64,000 nt of DNA from NCBI RefSeq assembly GCF_009914755.1, contig NC_060925.1. One strand, 5' to 3'. Position 1 is the first letter of the stretch. Each line of letters starts with the position of its first letter. This DNA comes from the human T2T-CHM13v2.0 reference genome, Homo sapiens. The notes beneath the pieces are model-generated. The model was given only the letters and a program-made list of their open reading frames with translations, did not search any database and was not told the DNA's origin. A program made the position numbers and the translations under genes. This document shows positions 51,544 through 64,000 of the stretch, one piece after another.

Positions 51544-53110
51544 CCTCCTAATACACAACTGTCCTGGGGCCAGAAAGGCAAAGGAGGAAGGGGGAGAATC
51601 CCCAGGCAAGTGGAGGATGGTATGGAAGATGAAGAGGGCATATGCTCCTGGCCCTACAAGTGTTAGGCCTCAGTTCTTACAGTTCCTCAGTATCAGGAAG
51701 CTCCTCCAGGCACAATCAGGAAGTGCCTGGTGTTGGGGCAGGGGTGGGTGGGAACAACTGGAATGTCTCCTCTGGGCTGCAGGGGGCAGACCCCTTCCAT
51801 TCACACAGATGTCCCAGGGTCTGGGAAGACCAGGACAGACCAGGCCAGTGCTCTCCAGAGAAGAGAGAATGTCAGCCTCATCCTGCCTTCTGCTCCCACC
51901 ACTGCACGGTCCCAGGCCTCTGCCCCAAACTGTGGTCTCTGACCTCTCCCTGATGGTGCAGATGGAATGGCCAGATATTGGAGATCTGTGTCTAGAGAGG
52001 ACACTACAAAGAGGGAAGGAGCAGGGTGTGGCAGGAGGAATGGCAACAGGAGGAAGAGCAGATCACTCAGAGGTCACTGCAGTTCAAAGAAGGGTGCACT
52101 GACCTCACTCCCTGAGGTCCCCCCAACTCTGGGGCTTGGGCTAAGAGAGGGGCTCACTTGGCCTCCTGGCGTGCCAATGTTGGAAAGGGCAGGTTGTCTG
52201 GGAATGGCCCCTGCTCTTTGCTCCTCAGACAGTAGGACCTCTGGGCAAAGTATCTAAGGGTCACGGCTGTTCAGCCATAGGACTGGCTAGTGGTAAGCCA
52301 CACAAATATTTGCCGAGTGAATGAATAAATGAATGAATTTCTAACTGCCCTCCTTCCAACCCCAGGGCTCTGCTAAGAAAGAAAAGAAGGTGCTTCTTTA
52401 ACTTAGAAGTTGACTTCTAATTTAATCCCCATAATCCTGGACGGGGGAATTATGTCCATTTCACTGTTGCGGGGCTGAGGGAAAGGGAAGGGGTGCCCTG
52501 TCTGGGCGACACGCTGGAAAGCAGCAGCTGCGCAGGTTCTACCGCCGCTCCGCTGGAGGCCACACTCTGAAGGGCACCTGGCCGAGGGTGGGTGGGGGTG
52601 GTAACGTCATCGGGGAGACCTGTGTTTGTGGCCGGTGGCTATCTGCGGGGCAGGGGCAGGGGCGCTGGCTCCGAGGAACTGGGCAAAGACCACGGAGGAC
52701 TCCCAGGGCGGCGAGGTGGGGCGGGGCGGCGGGCACGCCGGGAGCTGAGGCAGTGCCTCTGGGAGGACACCACAACCGGGGCGCTTTCAGGCACACTGCG
52801 GTTGCACCACAAGCTTCCTGGATGGAAGGACACGTGGCCCCGGGGCCCCACAACGGCTTCCTGTGTCCCGCCGCCTCCCCCTCGCCCCCGCAGGCCTGGC
52901 CTCGCCGTCCCCGCCCCCACCTGACCCTCTTCCCCTCTCCGCGCGCTCCTTCCCGCTCACCTGCCCCCGCGCAGCCTCCTGAGTCCCCTTCCAACTGCTC
53001 CCGGATCTCGACGCCCCGTGCCGCCCTCCACCGGGCCCCAGCCGCCAGCCCTAGCCCCGGCTCCCCGGTGCCCACGCCGTCCCCCCGCGCTCTCCCCGGC
53101 CGGCACTAAC

Positions 53111-53168
53111 CCCCATGGCCGCGCTTCAGTCTCAGGCTGGCTCGAAGGCGGCGGCCGAGCCCATCCAT
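53111..53168 (-). CDS. DENND2D: DENND2D distal alternative first coding exon (468-aa isoform)
   Basis: gccATGG strong Kozak inside the CpG island; MDGLGRRLRASLRLKRGHG(G), donor GGG|gttagt, phase 1 matching exon 2. Confidence 0.85.
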
Positions 53169-53245
53169 GGCCCCTGGAGTGCCCGGCTCCCGCTCCCAGC
53201 TCCGCGCTGGCCCCGCCCCCCTATCCTTGACCTCCGCGGGTCCGA

Positions 53246-53260
53246 CACTTTCACTTTCAC
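53246..53260 (-). promoter_or_regulatory. IRF-E/ISRE-like (IRF1/IRF2/PRDM1) motif
   Basis: GTGAAAGTGAAAGTG on the minus strand, about 80 nt upstream of the distal ATG. Confidence 0.55.
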
Positions 53261-54569
53261 GCGGGGGGAGGCCTAGGGGACAGGTTCGGGGCGGCGCGGC
53301 GCACCTTCCGGACTCCGGCCCAACCCCCGGGCGCACCTGGGCGGGCCCGCTCTGCCCTCGCCCTGGGCAGGGCAGCGTGGGGTGGAAGAGGGCGCTCGAC
53401 GCGCGTCCGGGACTGGGCGGCGCCACCTCGTTCCCACCCTCCGTGGGGCTCCCGGGGAGGCTTGACTTAGCGAACACCCTGCAGTCCGCAAAAGCGCATG
53501 TCCTGGCTGAAATCACCGTCTTCCAGGTGGCCCCAAACGAATCCCAAAAGGGGCAGAGTTTTCAGTCCTCACACCTCTCCAACCCCTCCACCTCTCCCTT
53601 TGCAACTGCTTTAGCCCTTCGACCATCTCCAGGTCTCTTGCCCTACTTGTCCTCTCACTCTCGGAGTTCCTGAGGAGGAACTGGAGATGCGGATTAGGGA
53701 CCTGTCGCTGCCTTCCATTCAAACTTGGCCTTGAGCAGACCAGCAAAATGGGGGTAACCCCTGCCATTCCACAGAAATGTGAAAGTTCAGGAATAGAAAA
53801 CTCTTTGTAGGTTGTTACATAATACAAATTTAAGGGACTGTTATTGTCATAATTGTTGCAGCTGTCCCCTCTCCCCTTCTAATCCTGAATTTCAATGCAG
53901 CCTTTCCGCTCCTCCCTTTTCACATCTTCATTGACTTCCAAATACGTCCAGGCTGTAAACTTCAGGTATCAACCATGACATTGTGGGTCTGCTCAGCCCA
54001 CTTCCTCCTGGGAGATCTGCCCTAGTTCCCCGCTCCCTCTCAGGACATTATCTGTAGGGCTGGGAAGTGCAGAGTCCATCTGGGGTTGCTTGGTTTACAA
54101 GGTTTTAGGGTCCTTTTCAGGAGAGGTAGGCAGAGGGAAGAAGGGACTCTGGCAGAAATACGTCTGGAATCTGTTGGCCTGACTCCCAGACCTACAGCCC
54201 TCTTTCCATGGCCTCCAGGTGACTCTCCAGTCACCATGGGAGAGCCGGAATTGGGAATCCAGCCCTAGTATTAACTGTCTGGTCTTAGCCCAGAGGTTCT
54301 AAAAGTTGACTTTACTCCGGCCGTATGCAATTTTGCACTTAATTACAGTCTGTTTCTGTTCCCTATTCTTTGTGTATTCCCTCACACAAGTACACTTCCC
54401 TTCCCCAAGTACCTTTTCTGGGCTGAACCCATGTCTTATGCATCTCTGTGTAAGAACAGTCGTTGCTCATGATAAACTTGTCCAATTGATTGAATATTAT
54501 TGTGCCTTAACTTCCCCAATCTATTTTGTGGTATTCCCAACCAAACTAACTTCCTTTCTTTAAAAACAG

Positions 54570-55075
54570 ATGAGGAAAACTGTGTACATGTGCACCAAAA
54601 AGATAAGTACAAGAATGTTCAAGGGAGTCTTATTTGAAACAGACTCACGCTGGAAATAACCTCAAATGTCTATTAATAGTGAAGTGAGTAAATCGCAGTA
54701 TATTCACATAATGAAGTACTACATAGCAGTAAAAATAAATAAACCACTGCTGCATGCAATAACATGGCTACATTGCACAAACATCATGTTGAGAAAAGGA
54801 AGCCAGACACAAAAGAGTACATTATGTAAGAGTCCATTTGTATAAAGTTTAAAACAGGTGAAATTAATCTATGGTATGAGAGGTCAGAATGGTGTTACCT
54901 TTAGGGAGGAAGGAGGAAATAATGATTGGGAGAATACCATAGTGTTTCTAGGATGCTGATAATGTCCTGTTTCTTAACCAGGTGATAGATACATGGATGT
55001 ATTCACTATGTGATCGTTCTTTGCAGTGAACACTTAAGCACTTCTCTATATGTATATGAGACTTTAAAAAGATTT
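54570..55075 (+). mobile_element. L1M (L1MC/ME-like) 3' fragment
   Basis: aagaatgttc...ctggaaataacctcaaatgtc...atgttgagaaaaggaagccagacacaaaagagtaca. Confidence 0.72.
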
Positions 55076-55415
55076 TTAAAGTATTCGTTAGGATGTTAGG
55101 GTGACATTAATGAAGGTAATGAAACAGGAAGAAGTTAGTTCAGAATAAAACTAGAAATTATTGGGATGGGAGGAAGTGGAGCTAACTAAGTATAATCTGC
55201 ATTTTTGAGAAGTGTGGATAATAATAGGAACAAGTTAATTGATCCATAGTGGAAAATTTGGGTTTAAAGTGATGGGTTAAGATGGCGAAGATGAGAGCAT
55301 ATTATGGGTATAGCAATGAGAATTAGCAAGGGTAGACATTTAAAGTATAAGAAAGAGGGTGTGCAGATGGAGCAGCGTCTGAGAGAAGGTGGGGGGCAAT
55401 TAGAAGCTTAGGTAG

Positions 55416-55763
<348 letters not shown>

Positions 55764-57284
55764 TGAGGGAAAAAAAAGATGAAAATGGCTATAGATGTTG
55801 ATAAATGTGTAGATAAGGTAGCAAGAAGTTAAAGGATACCACAGGAGGCCTCAGTTTCTGCTAAGACAAAAGGTTCTTTTTCTTCTTGTAGCTGCCATCT
55901 TCCACTGTCCCCTGGGTCATTCTCCTAGTCTGGCTGTAGAGTGGAAGTGAACGACCCTAGCCTTCCTTTTTTGAAGGTCTTGAAAGGAAGCACACTAATA
56001 AGTTGTATTCAAGGAGGCAGTCAGTATGACATAACAGAATGAGCCTGGGCATCTGACACAGACGAACTTGGACCTGAACCCACTCTGCCTCTTGTTTGCC
56101 CTGTAGCCTTGGGTTAGGCTTTGCACTGAGCCTCACTTTTCTGATATAATAAAATCACCTTGCAGGGCAGTTGTGAGGATTAGAAAGAATATATTTGTAA
56201 TAAAAATGCCAAACTTCATACATACCTTTAATCCTCAAATCACTGTAGTCTCAGCTCCATTTCTTTTAATTGCAGAAAGCACTGTCTATTACCAGGCTTG
56301 TATCTCCAGGAATTTCTGAGAAACCTCAAGAAACACACACTCCAAAGACCAATTCTGATATTCACTGGTCATTAGGGTCCATCATGGGAATTCAAACTAT
56401 TACTTTCCCTTCCACAGTTATACCCATTTGTCTGAAGACATACTGCTATTGTTCTCCCCTGTGCCACACTGCCCAACTTGGACAATGATTCTATCTTCAA
56501 TTCCATATAGAGATAGCTGAGGTCAGAAGAGGTTTTGTTAAGACTTAGCTGAAGGTTTGTTAAGACTTTGTTTTATGATAAGAGAAGCACGTTATAAAAG
56601 GAAAACTTAAACACAAAGTATCACCACTCTTGGGGTCTGTATGAGGGTCCTCTTTGGAGTACTTCTCTCCCTACCCCTAGAGCTGCCCCCATCTTGCAGG
56701 GATCAGCTAACCTGACTCCAGTGGGAATGCCCTTGAACGCAGCCCTGTCTCAGTATTCGCATATTCAAGAATGACTGACAAGAGCGATGTTTATTACATT
56801 CACGGGGAAACCCTGTCCCATACTTAGAACCTAATATCTTTTGGCACAGAGATACCAGAACAACAACAAAAACAAAAGCAACCCATATTTCCCCAAGAAT
56901 AGGCCCATCAATACAGAATGCCACCATCAATTGGCCTGCACAATTCCTCTTCCTTTGAGATGAACAAAAGCTCAAGCTGTCTCAAACTGTGTATACTGCA
57001 AGCCATCTGAAATTTGGCTTCTCATCTCCTGTGAGAAATGAGTTGAATAACCTACCCATCTTCCAGAAACAAGCAATGATATCCAGGATTAGGAAAGAAC
57101 ATCTGTATATTAGAAACAAAGATAGCCTTTTCTGTTACCACAAAGAGTTCCTGGAGTTAAAAAGTTCTCAAATCTCTGTCTCCTATAAAGGGTCTCTGCT
57201 CTATATTTGATAGCCAAAATCTTCTTGTATTCTCTTTCTTCCCAGTCTTCTAAAGTGCTAAGTTTTCAATCCCAACATTTTGTG

Positions 57285-57660
57285 TGTGTTGATCCCTCTG
57301 CTTGGAATCTTCTTCCTCCCACTCCTCACTCTACTAACTTCTACTCATTCTTTATATCTTGCTTAAACGAACTTTTCTGAAAAGACTTCTTTGACCACCT
57401 CCCCTTTCCATCTAAATCAGATCCTCCTGTTACAACCTCAATCACACCGTTTCCTTAGGAGCATTTATAGCCATTTGAAGTTACATATATGTATTTCTGA
57501 GATTATTTGTTCGACTACTCTCTCCCTTTCTAGAGTCATCCCCAGGAGGCATGAGTCTTATCTCTTTCACTTACTTCTGTGTCCCCATTTCCTAGCACAG
57601 TGCCAGGCATACGTTAGATAAACAGTAAATATTTGTTGAGTGAATAAATGTATGAATTAA
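57285..57660 (+). mobile_element. L2 3' fragment
   Basis: Ends cctagcacagtgccaggcata...aaatatttgttgagtgaataaatg. Confidence 0.65.
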
Positions 57661-58879
57661 TAGATGGGTAGTATGCAGAAAGCTTCTATCTCTAAGGAGA
57701 CAGAAAATTAATTTAAACATTTTTTAATTTTCTGGGTTCTACTCAGGGCAAACACTTTGGGTGCCTAAGACTCATTTCCCCTTTTACCCTTGCTGGATAT
57801 ATGGATATATTTGCTCAGAGGTATATCAGATGGTGGAATCTGATCGTGGTAGTCCTGGTCTCCTTCCCCCAGGTTGACTCATGGTGGCCATGTGATCCAG
57901 GTGTGGCCAGTGAGAGGTAAGGAGGTATCTAATCTAGTAAGGGAGGCAAGAGGCAATCTCCTAGGGACTTCTGGGATAGGATTCTCCAGAAGTGATGCTG
58001 TTTCCCTGCCTCTGGGCATCACTGGGTTTGGATATGATGACAGGAACTGGTGAGATGAAGCCAGCTTGTATAGCAGAACAGGGACAACAGGCTCTCAGGG
58101 TAATGGGGCAGGAGTCAGGGATGGCATGTCAGGCCTGAAGCTGCCTTCACTCTGCACTGCTTGTTACCTGAGGTAATAACTCTCCTTATGGTTTAACACA
58201 GTGAGCCTTCTAAATACATTTTACATGGCATCTCAGTGCCATGTAACATACACACATGTAATATACAAATAAAAGTTTCACAAAACAATACCATTCCTAC
58301 TATGTGCAAGGTATGCTGATATTTCTCCTTTTTCTTCCATTCTACTATTGCGCTTTTAAAACCATCCTTGTTTGAGGCACCTTAAAATTATTTCACCCCC
58401 AAAATGTGTTGTGACCCACAGTTTAAAACATCTTTGGGTTTTCTGGTACTTTTTCTGCACACTCTGAAGCCAGACTATCTGAGTTGGTGTCTCAGGTCTG
58501 CCAGTTACTAGTTTGGTTACGTCAGGCAAGTTTCTTAACCTCTTTGTGATTCAGTTTTTTCATAACTGATAGAATAATAATGGCATCTACCTTACAGGGT
58601 TGTTTTAAGGATTAAATGAGCTAATATATCTAAAGCGCTTGGAATGGGAAGCCATTGGCAAGTCTGAACACAAGACTTACATGATCCTACAAAGATGAGT
58701 AAGGCATGGTCCTTGTTCTCACAGAGTTTGCATTCTTGCAGGAATAATATAATGCAGAGATACTGGGATTAAGATAAGCACGGGTAGTTCAAGATCATGA
58801 AGGAGAAACACGCATTTTAGCTTAAGAAATCAAGTCTGATCTCCAGTAGGTAAGTCTGGGAGATAAAATCTCACTCACT

Positions 58880-59330
58880 TTTTTTTGTTAACTAATAGAC
58901 TAGTTTTAGATTTACAGAAAAATCGAGCAGAAAGTACAGAGAGTTTGCACATATCCCCTCACCCCACCCCCATATATAGTTTTCCCTATTATTAACATCT
59001 TGCATTAGTGTGGGACATTTGTTACAGTTGGTAGAACAACATTGATCCACTATTAACTGAAGTCCATCATTTACATTAGGGTTCACTCTTTGCTTGTACA
59101 TTCTATGGGTTTTGACAAGTGTACAATGACATGTATTCACCATTACAGTATTATGTGGAATAGTTTCATTGCCCTAAACATCCTCTGTGCTCCTCCTATT
59201 CACCCCTCCTTCCCCTGTCCCACTCCAAAACACTGATCTTTCTACCGTCTCCATAGTTTTGCCTTTTCCAGAATGTCATATAGTTGGAATCATACAGCAT
59301 GTAGCCTTTTCATCATACAATATGAAGCCT
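58880..59330 (-). mobile_element. L1MB-like 3' fragment
   Basis: ttttagatttacagaaaaatcgagcagaaagtacagagagtt...gccttttccagaatgtcatatagttggaatcatacag. Confidence 0.78.
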
Positions 59331-60284
59331 TGCGTCTTTTAATTAGAAATGTGTATTTATCTTTCAAAACCCTCTCTGAATGCAGAATACATTCATAAGC
59401 AAAAGAACAAAGAGTAATAATTTTTAAGTGTGTTTTCAGCACTGTTCAGGGGATTGAGCAGCCAATAGGTGTAACCAATTTCCTTAACAAGCATCTGCTT
59501 AATAAATATTTGTTGAACAAATGAATGAATGAATTCCCAGCATGATGACTACATTAGCAGATGGTCAATGCATGCTTGTTGAATTGAACTCTAGACCTAA
59601 CATTTTGATTGCATTTGGGGGTTCCCAGTTCTCCTTGACAATAAACTTAAGAGGAACAGATAGTTCTCATGGCTTGGTCACTTTATATGTTTCAGGCAGT
59701 ATGCTAAGTATTTTACAAATATTAACTCAAATCAGCATTATCAATAATCTTTTGAGCTAGCTATTACTATTCCCAATTTATAGATGAAGAAACAGGCTCA
59801 CAGATGTTAAGGAACTTGCCCAAAATCACACAGCAGGTAAAGTGAACTTTTAATTCACACTCAGATGGAAACTTTATCCCCAGGAGCATCCTGATGAGCC
59901 CACCAGGACATGTCGTGGAGTCTTCCATGGAGCTGACAAGTGACCCAGCACTCCAAGCCTTCCATGATGGTCTCAAATAGATATCCTATGAGACTACACT
60001 CAGGTCTGTGTAGTGCTCCCAAAATGCCCTACTCTGCTTTCTACACTGAACAATGCCCCAAAGTGGTGGAATTTTTTTTTTTTTTAATGGAAGCCAGAGG
60101 TTCATCATAATAGGTGTCATGGAAGTCCTCAGAGATGTAAATAACCCCCTAGAGATAAGGCTGACATATAAAAGTCTACCTCAGTCCTGGGGAAATGAGC
60201 ACACCATTCACCACTGTAGGAGAAAAGAAGGGGACAGAAGATCATGTAGGGCTTTGTAATTCATCAAAGATTCTTAGACATTTC

Positions 60285-60590
60285 TTTTTTTTTTTTTTTT
60301 TTTTTTTTGAGACTGAGTCTTGCTCAGTCGCCCAGGTTGTAGTGCGGTGGCGCGTCTCGGCTCACTGCAAGCTCCGCCTCCCGGGTTCACGCCATTCTCC
60401 TGCCTCAGCCTCCTGAGTTGCTGGGACTGCAGGCACCCGCCACCACGCCCGGCTAATTTTTTGTATTTTTGTAGTAGAGACGGGGTTTCACCATGTTAAC
60501 CAGGATGGTCTGGATTTCCTGACCTCATGATCCGCCCACCTCGGCCTCCCAAAGTGCTGGGATTACAGGCGTGAGCCACCACGCCAGGCC
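60285..60590 (-). mobile_element. AluY
   Basis: Antisense dimer; TSD gattcttagacatttct/gattcttagatatttct (16/17). Confidence 0.93.
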
Positions 60591-62165
60591 GATTCTTAGA
60601 TATTTCTACCTACAATTGGAAATTTAAATTATCTCCAACACTTCAAACTTCTGACAGATAAGATTTATAAATCTAATAAGCAGAATCTTTGTAAGCATAT
60701 AACTAAGTCTTGTAAATCGAACATACCCACCCGCTAAATGTGCTAAGCAGAGAGAGCATCGTCAAAGCAGCTCATGAGGACAAATCAATTTCCTTGAATG
60801 AACACAACTTACCAAAAGTATTGATCCCATTTTTATCTTTTTATTGTCTCTCTGCTTGCTTGTACAATTTCCCAGAACTACACATTTTTCTTATCCAGAT
60901 AAGGGAGACTTTAAAACTAGGTCAGTCACATGAGTACAGTAACTGACATTTCAGAATCAGGGTTTGGTCTGAGACTCTGGATGGGAAAGCAAGGCCTGAG
61001 CATTAGTTCCAAGTTCATTCTAGATGAGCCATGAGTTAATAAACTGAACACTTCTTGTAGGAATACAACTTCCTAATCATACACCTTTTCTTGCAATATA
61101 GTGCATCCTTTATTACTTTTTGGCTTTTTTGAACAGTAACCTTTTATAACACTTTACCAAGATGTCTTTTTATAAATTTTTATTGAATAATTTGAATTAA
61201 AATTCTCTTCTTCTTAACTGAATTGCAGTGAAATCTTTCTATTGCCCACCTGGGTCCTACACTCTGTTCCTCTGAACCTTTTGTGTTTATTAACCACTGC
61301 TCTCTGGCCATTTATTGACAGAAAGAATCTGGAATTTTAGAGTGTCGAGTTAGAAGGGACAGTATCAGAGGCACTCATGTGCCCACCTGTCCACCCCCCG
61401 CCCCTGCCCCCACCACTGTTCCTGCTAAGTGCTGGGAACTCTGCCTAGCAGTTTCAACAATGGGAAAATCCTGCCTTGAGAAAATATGAAGCCTGCCGTT
61501 CCCTGGCCTCCCTGGCTGGGGTGTGAAAGCTTGTGATTATACAGCCAGTTAGTGGCTGTCAGGACCAGAATCCAGGAAATGTCTCTCCAAGCCCCTATCT
61601 TCAACACAAGAAGGAGATCTGATGGATAACTCTTTTCTATTTTCTCCCCCGCCCCCGCCTTTTTTTTTTTGCTTGATGAGCAGAGATAGACAACAGAGAA
61701 CAGTGAGCCCTTAGCTCAATCCTGAAACTCAGAAATCAGAACATACTTGTTAACAGACTGATTAACACCACCAACCCCCACCTGTCCTGGTTGCCCTAAT
61801 CACAAACTCCAAGAAGGAATGATGCCCACACCCCCACAGTTCTTTTCCTCTTCCCTCACCCCTGCACAACCCAGGAAGGTGCTCAGCTGAGCAACCACAG
61901 CAGGCAGAAGGGCTGCCTGCTAAGTGACCATGGCATTTAAGGGAAGCCAAGAAAGTGACGAAAGGCTTCGAAAGACAACTGCAGGAAGAAAGAAAGAAGG
62001 TCATGGTGGACAGGATCCTGGGGGGAAGAGAGACATGGTCAGGTGGAGAGGTTGGGGGCGGATTGCCATCACCCTCACCATGTTGCCTACTTGAGTCTCA
62101 GAAACAACTCTCTTTTCCTTCCCTTTGTGCTCCTGCAGAGAATATCATTCCATCTTACATCTTAT

Positions 62166-62872
62166 TGTTAGTAGTGGCAAATCCGTACAGGTCTGCAGCA
62201 ACCTCGATTCTTGCCTCCTCAGAAGAAAGATTTTGACTGAGGGGAATAAGGCAGAGAAAGAGACTGAAGCAAGTTTTAGAGCAGGAGTGAAAGTTTATTA
62301 AAAAGTATTAGAGCAGAAATGAAAGGAAGTAAACTACACTTGGAAGAGGGCCAAGCGGATGACTTGAGAGGTTAGAGTGAATGGTTTGACTTTTGACTTG
62401 GGGTTTTATATGTTGTCATGTTTCCGAGGTCTTGCATTACCTCTCCCCTGATTCTTCCTTCAGGGTGGGCTGTCCGCATGAGCAGTGGCCTGCCAGTACT
62501 TGCGAGAGGCCGCATGCACAGTGTGTTTACTGGAGTTGTGCAAATGCTCACTTGAGGCGTTCTTCCCTTACCAGTTGAGTATTCCTAGAGGAAGGTCATA
62601 TACCAGTTAAACTCTGCCATTTTGCCTTTTAGCGTGCATGCTTGGGCCCACTCGCCCAACTCCTGAGATCTTATTGGGAAGCTGCTGATCACCAAATTTT
62701 GATGTTTTCTATCTACTGGGAGATTGCCTTTCCCTGGTGCCAGCTGCGACAAATTATTATTTTAGAGAGATAGTCAACAACCGCCTGACCATCACCTCAT
62801 GGTCACCTGGCATTCCTGGTTTGGGGGCCCACTCCTGCCCTGCTCATGTCTGCGTAACTACCTACTGTAACA
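62166..62872 (-). mobile_element. ERV1-class solo LTR (MER50-like)
   Basis: TGTTA...TAACA termini, 4-bp flanks ttat/tcat, AATAAA on - at about 62294; subfamily from memory. Confidence 0.78.
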
Positions 62873-63074
62873 TCATGTTTTATTTAAAGAGATAGATGCA
62901 CAAAGTGTATATATGTGTAGGTGCCCACATGTCTATTTAACTGTATGTACTAAATTAACATCTGTCCCCAAACTGATCTCTGCTGAACAGAGCCAATCAA
63001 ACTTGGTTCCCTTGTTGAGCTTGCACTCTTGGTATTACATACGGACTAGGGGAGAGGGCCAGCCTCAGCACTGA

Positions 63075-63639
63075 TGTTACAGTCTCACCAATGCACCACA
63101 AAGTAGCAGTCTCTCACTGTGAGTTATCACCTGGAGTTCTTTTTCTCACAACTAAGAGAATTAGGGAGAGTGAGCACAAAGGGTGAAGTTGGAGCGAAAG
63201 TTTAATAAAAGAAAGGAGAAAGCTCTTGGCTGCGGAGAGGGGACCCAGAAAAGGGTTACCATTTTTACAGTTGAATGCAAAGGTTTTTACAGGAAACCAA
63301 TAAGGGCTGGGGATCTCATTTGCATAGGTACGAATTTCTGGTAGCTCTACCTTGTTCTTCTAATGCACATGTGGGCCCTTAGCTTGAGTTACTCCGTATT
63401 GCTTTGTTCCCCTTACTGTGCATGTGTCAGGGGATGGAATTGTCCGTTGTGGGCATGTCTGGGCAAGCCACCTGTATAGCCTTTCTTATCTGTGTGGCTG
63501 TGGGCATGTCTTAGGCAAGCCCCCCTGTGCAAATTCCTTTATCTGTGCCTGCAGCTTCATTTTTCAGGCTGTTCTTTTGTTTGAAAGAGAACCCACCCTA
63601 ACTACCTGCCTGACCAGTTTCTTCCTTTCTCCTCCCTCA
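63075..63639 (-). mobile_element. ERV1-class solo LTR (subfamily uncertain)
   Basis: TG...CA termini, ATTAAA on -, ends ttctcctccctca as in MER61/MER83-type LTRs. Confidence 0.65.
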
Positions 63640-63847
63640 CTAGGAGATGCTCTTATCAGACTTTCCTAAGTGTCAAAAAAAAAAAAAAAAAAAGCCACAG
63701 TCTACTCCATCTTTTCTCCACTTCTTTGTTCACTTATCATCTTACTCTAAGAAGTCTTTATGTAGCTATCATTTCCTGAGCGTCACACTGCTTGGTTCTG
63801 GGAATCAAACCACACAAAACTGAACTCAGCTCATAGGACATACCATC

Positions 63848-64000
63848 TGTAACCCAAAAATAAAATTCTAACCCCCGCCGCCGCCGACCATCTGAATGGA
63901 CCCCTTTTCTCAGCAAGGGCATTCCAAGAGTTACCTGAGGGACTGGTTCAGGCCATGATGGGGGGTGGAGTGTGGACATGCCTCATCGTACACGCCTCCC
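63848..64000 (+). mobile_element. MER4-group LTR 5' end, cut by window edge
   Basis: tgtaacccaaaaataaaattctaaccccc...ctgaatggacccc...aagggcattccaa. Confidence 0.75.

Larger units (their letters stand above)
52480..53520. promoter_or_regulatory. DENND2D: CpG island / DENND2D distal promoter
   Basis: About 1 kb of very GC-rich, CpG-dense sequence with GC boxes (ggccccgcccc at 53209; ggggcggggcgg at about 52717) around the distal first exon. Confidence 0.88.

Noticed and set aside
51617-52102. 161-aa plus-strand ORF between the DENND2D first exons
   Set aside because: GC-rich region with overlapping ORFs in several frames, no recognisable domain or splice structure
52539-53673. Several 90-180 aa ORFs on both strands
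   Set aside because: Expected from stop-codon depletion in a CpG island; low-complexity P/G/R/A composition. Only the 19-codon DENND2D first exon is supported.

Overview
Mammalian (primate; Alu content and protein sequences indicate human) genomic DNA containing two convergent genes and many interspersed repeats. Plus strand: the 3' part of CEPT1 (choline/ethanolamine phosphotransferase 1), with seven coding exons between 8184 and 33115, all GT-AG and phase-consistent, including the CDP-alcohol phosphotransferase motif; the 5' exons lie outside the window. Minus strand: the complete DENND2D coding region (12 coding exons, 49264..36410, 471 codons plus stop), with a second first exon in a CpG island at about 53.1 kb. 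The two 3' ends meet within about 0.9 kb at 33.9-34.8 kb. The remainder is L1, Alu, MIR/L2, DNA-transposon fossils and ERV1-type solo LTRs. The standout observation is a second, intact 85-nt paralogue of CEPT1 exon 5 at 15911-15995. It has the same length, phase and donor hexamer as the canonical exon 5 (23684-23768) and 15/28 identical residues, mostly through different codons. This looks like an ancient mutually exclusive exon pair that swaps a segment I recall being linked to diacylglycerol selectivity. Gene and repeat names come from recognition, not database searches, and I cannot tell from the sequence whether the alternative exon is already annotated.
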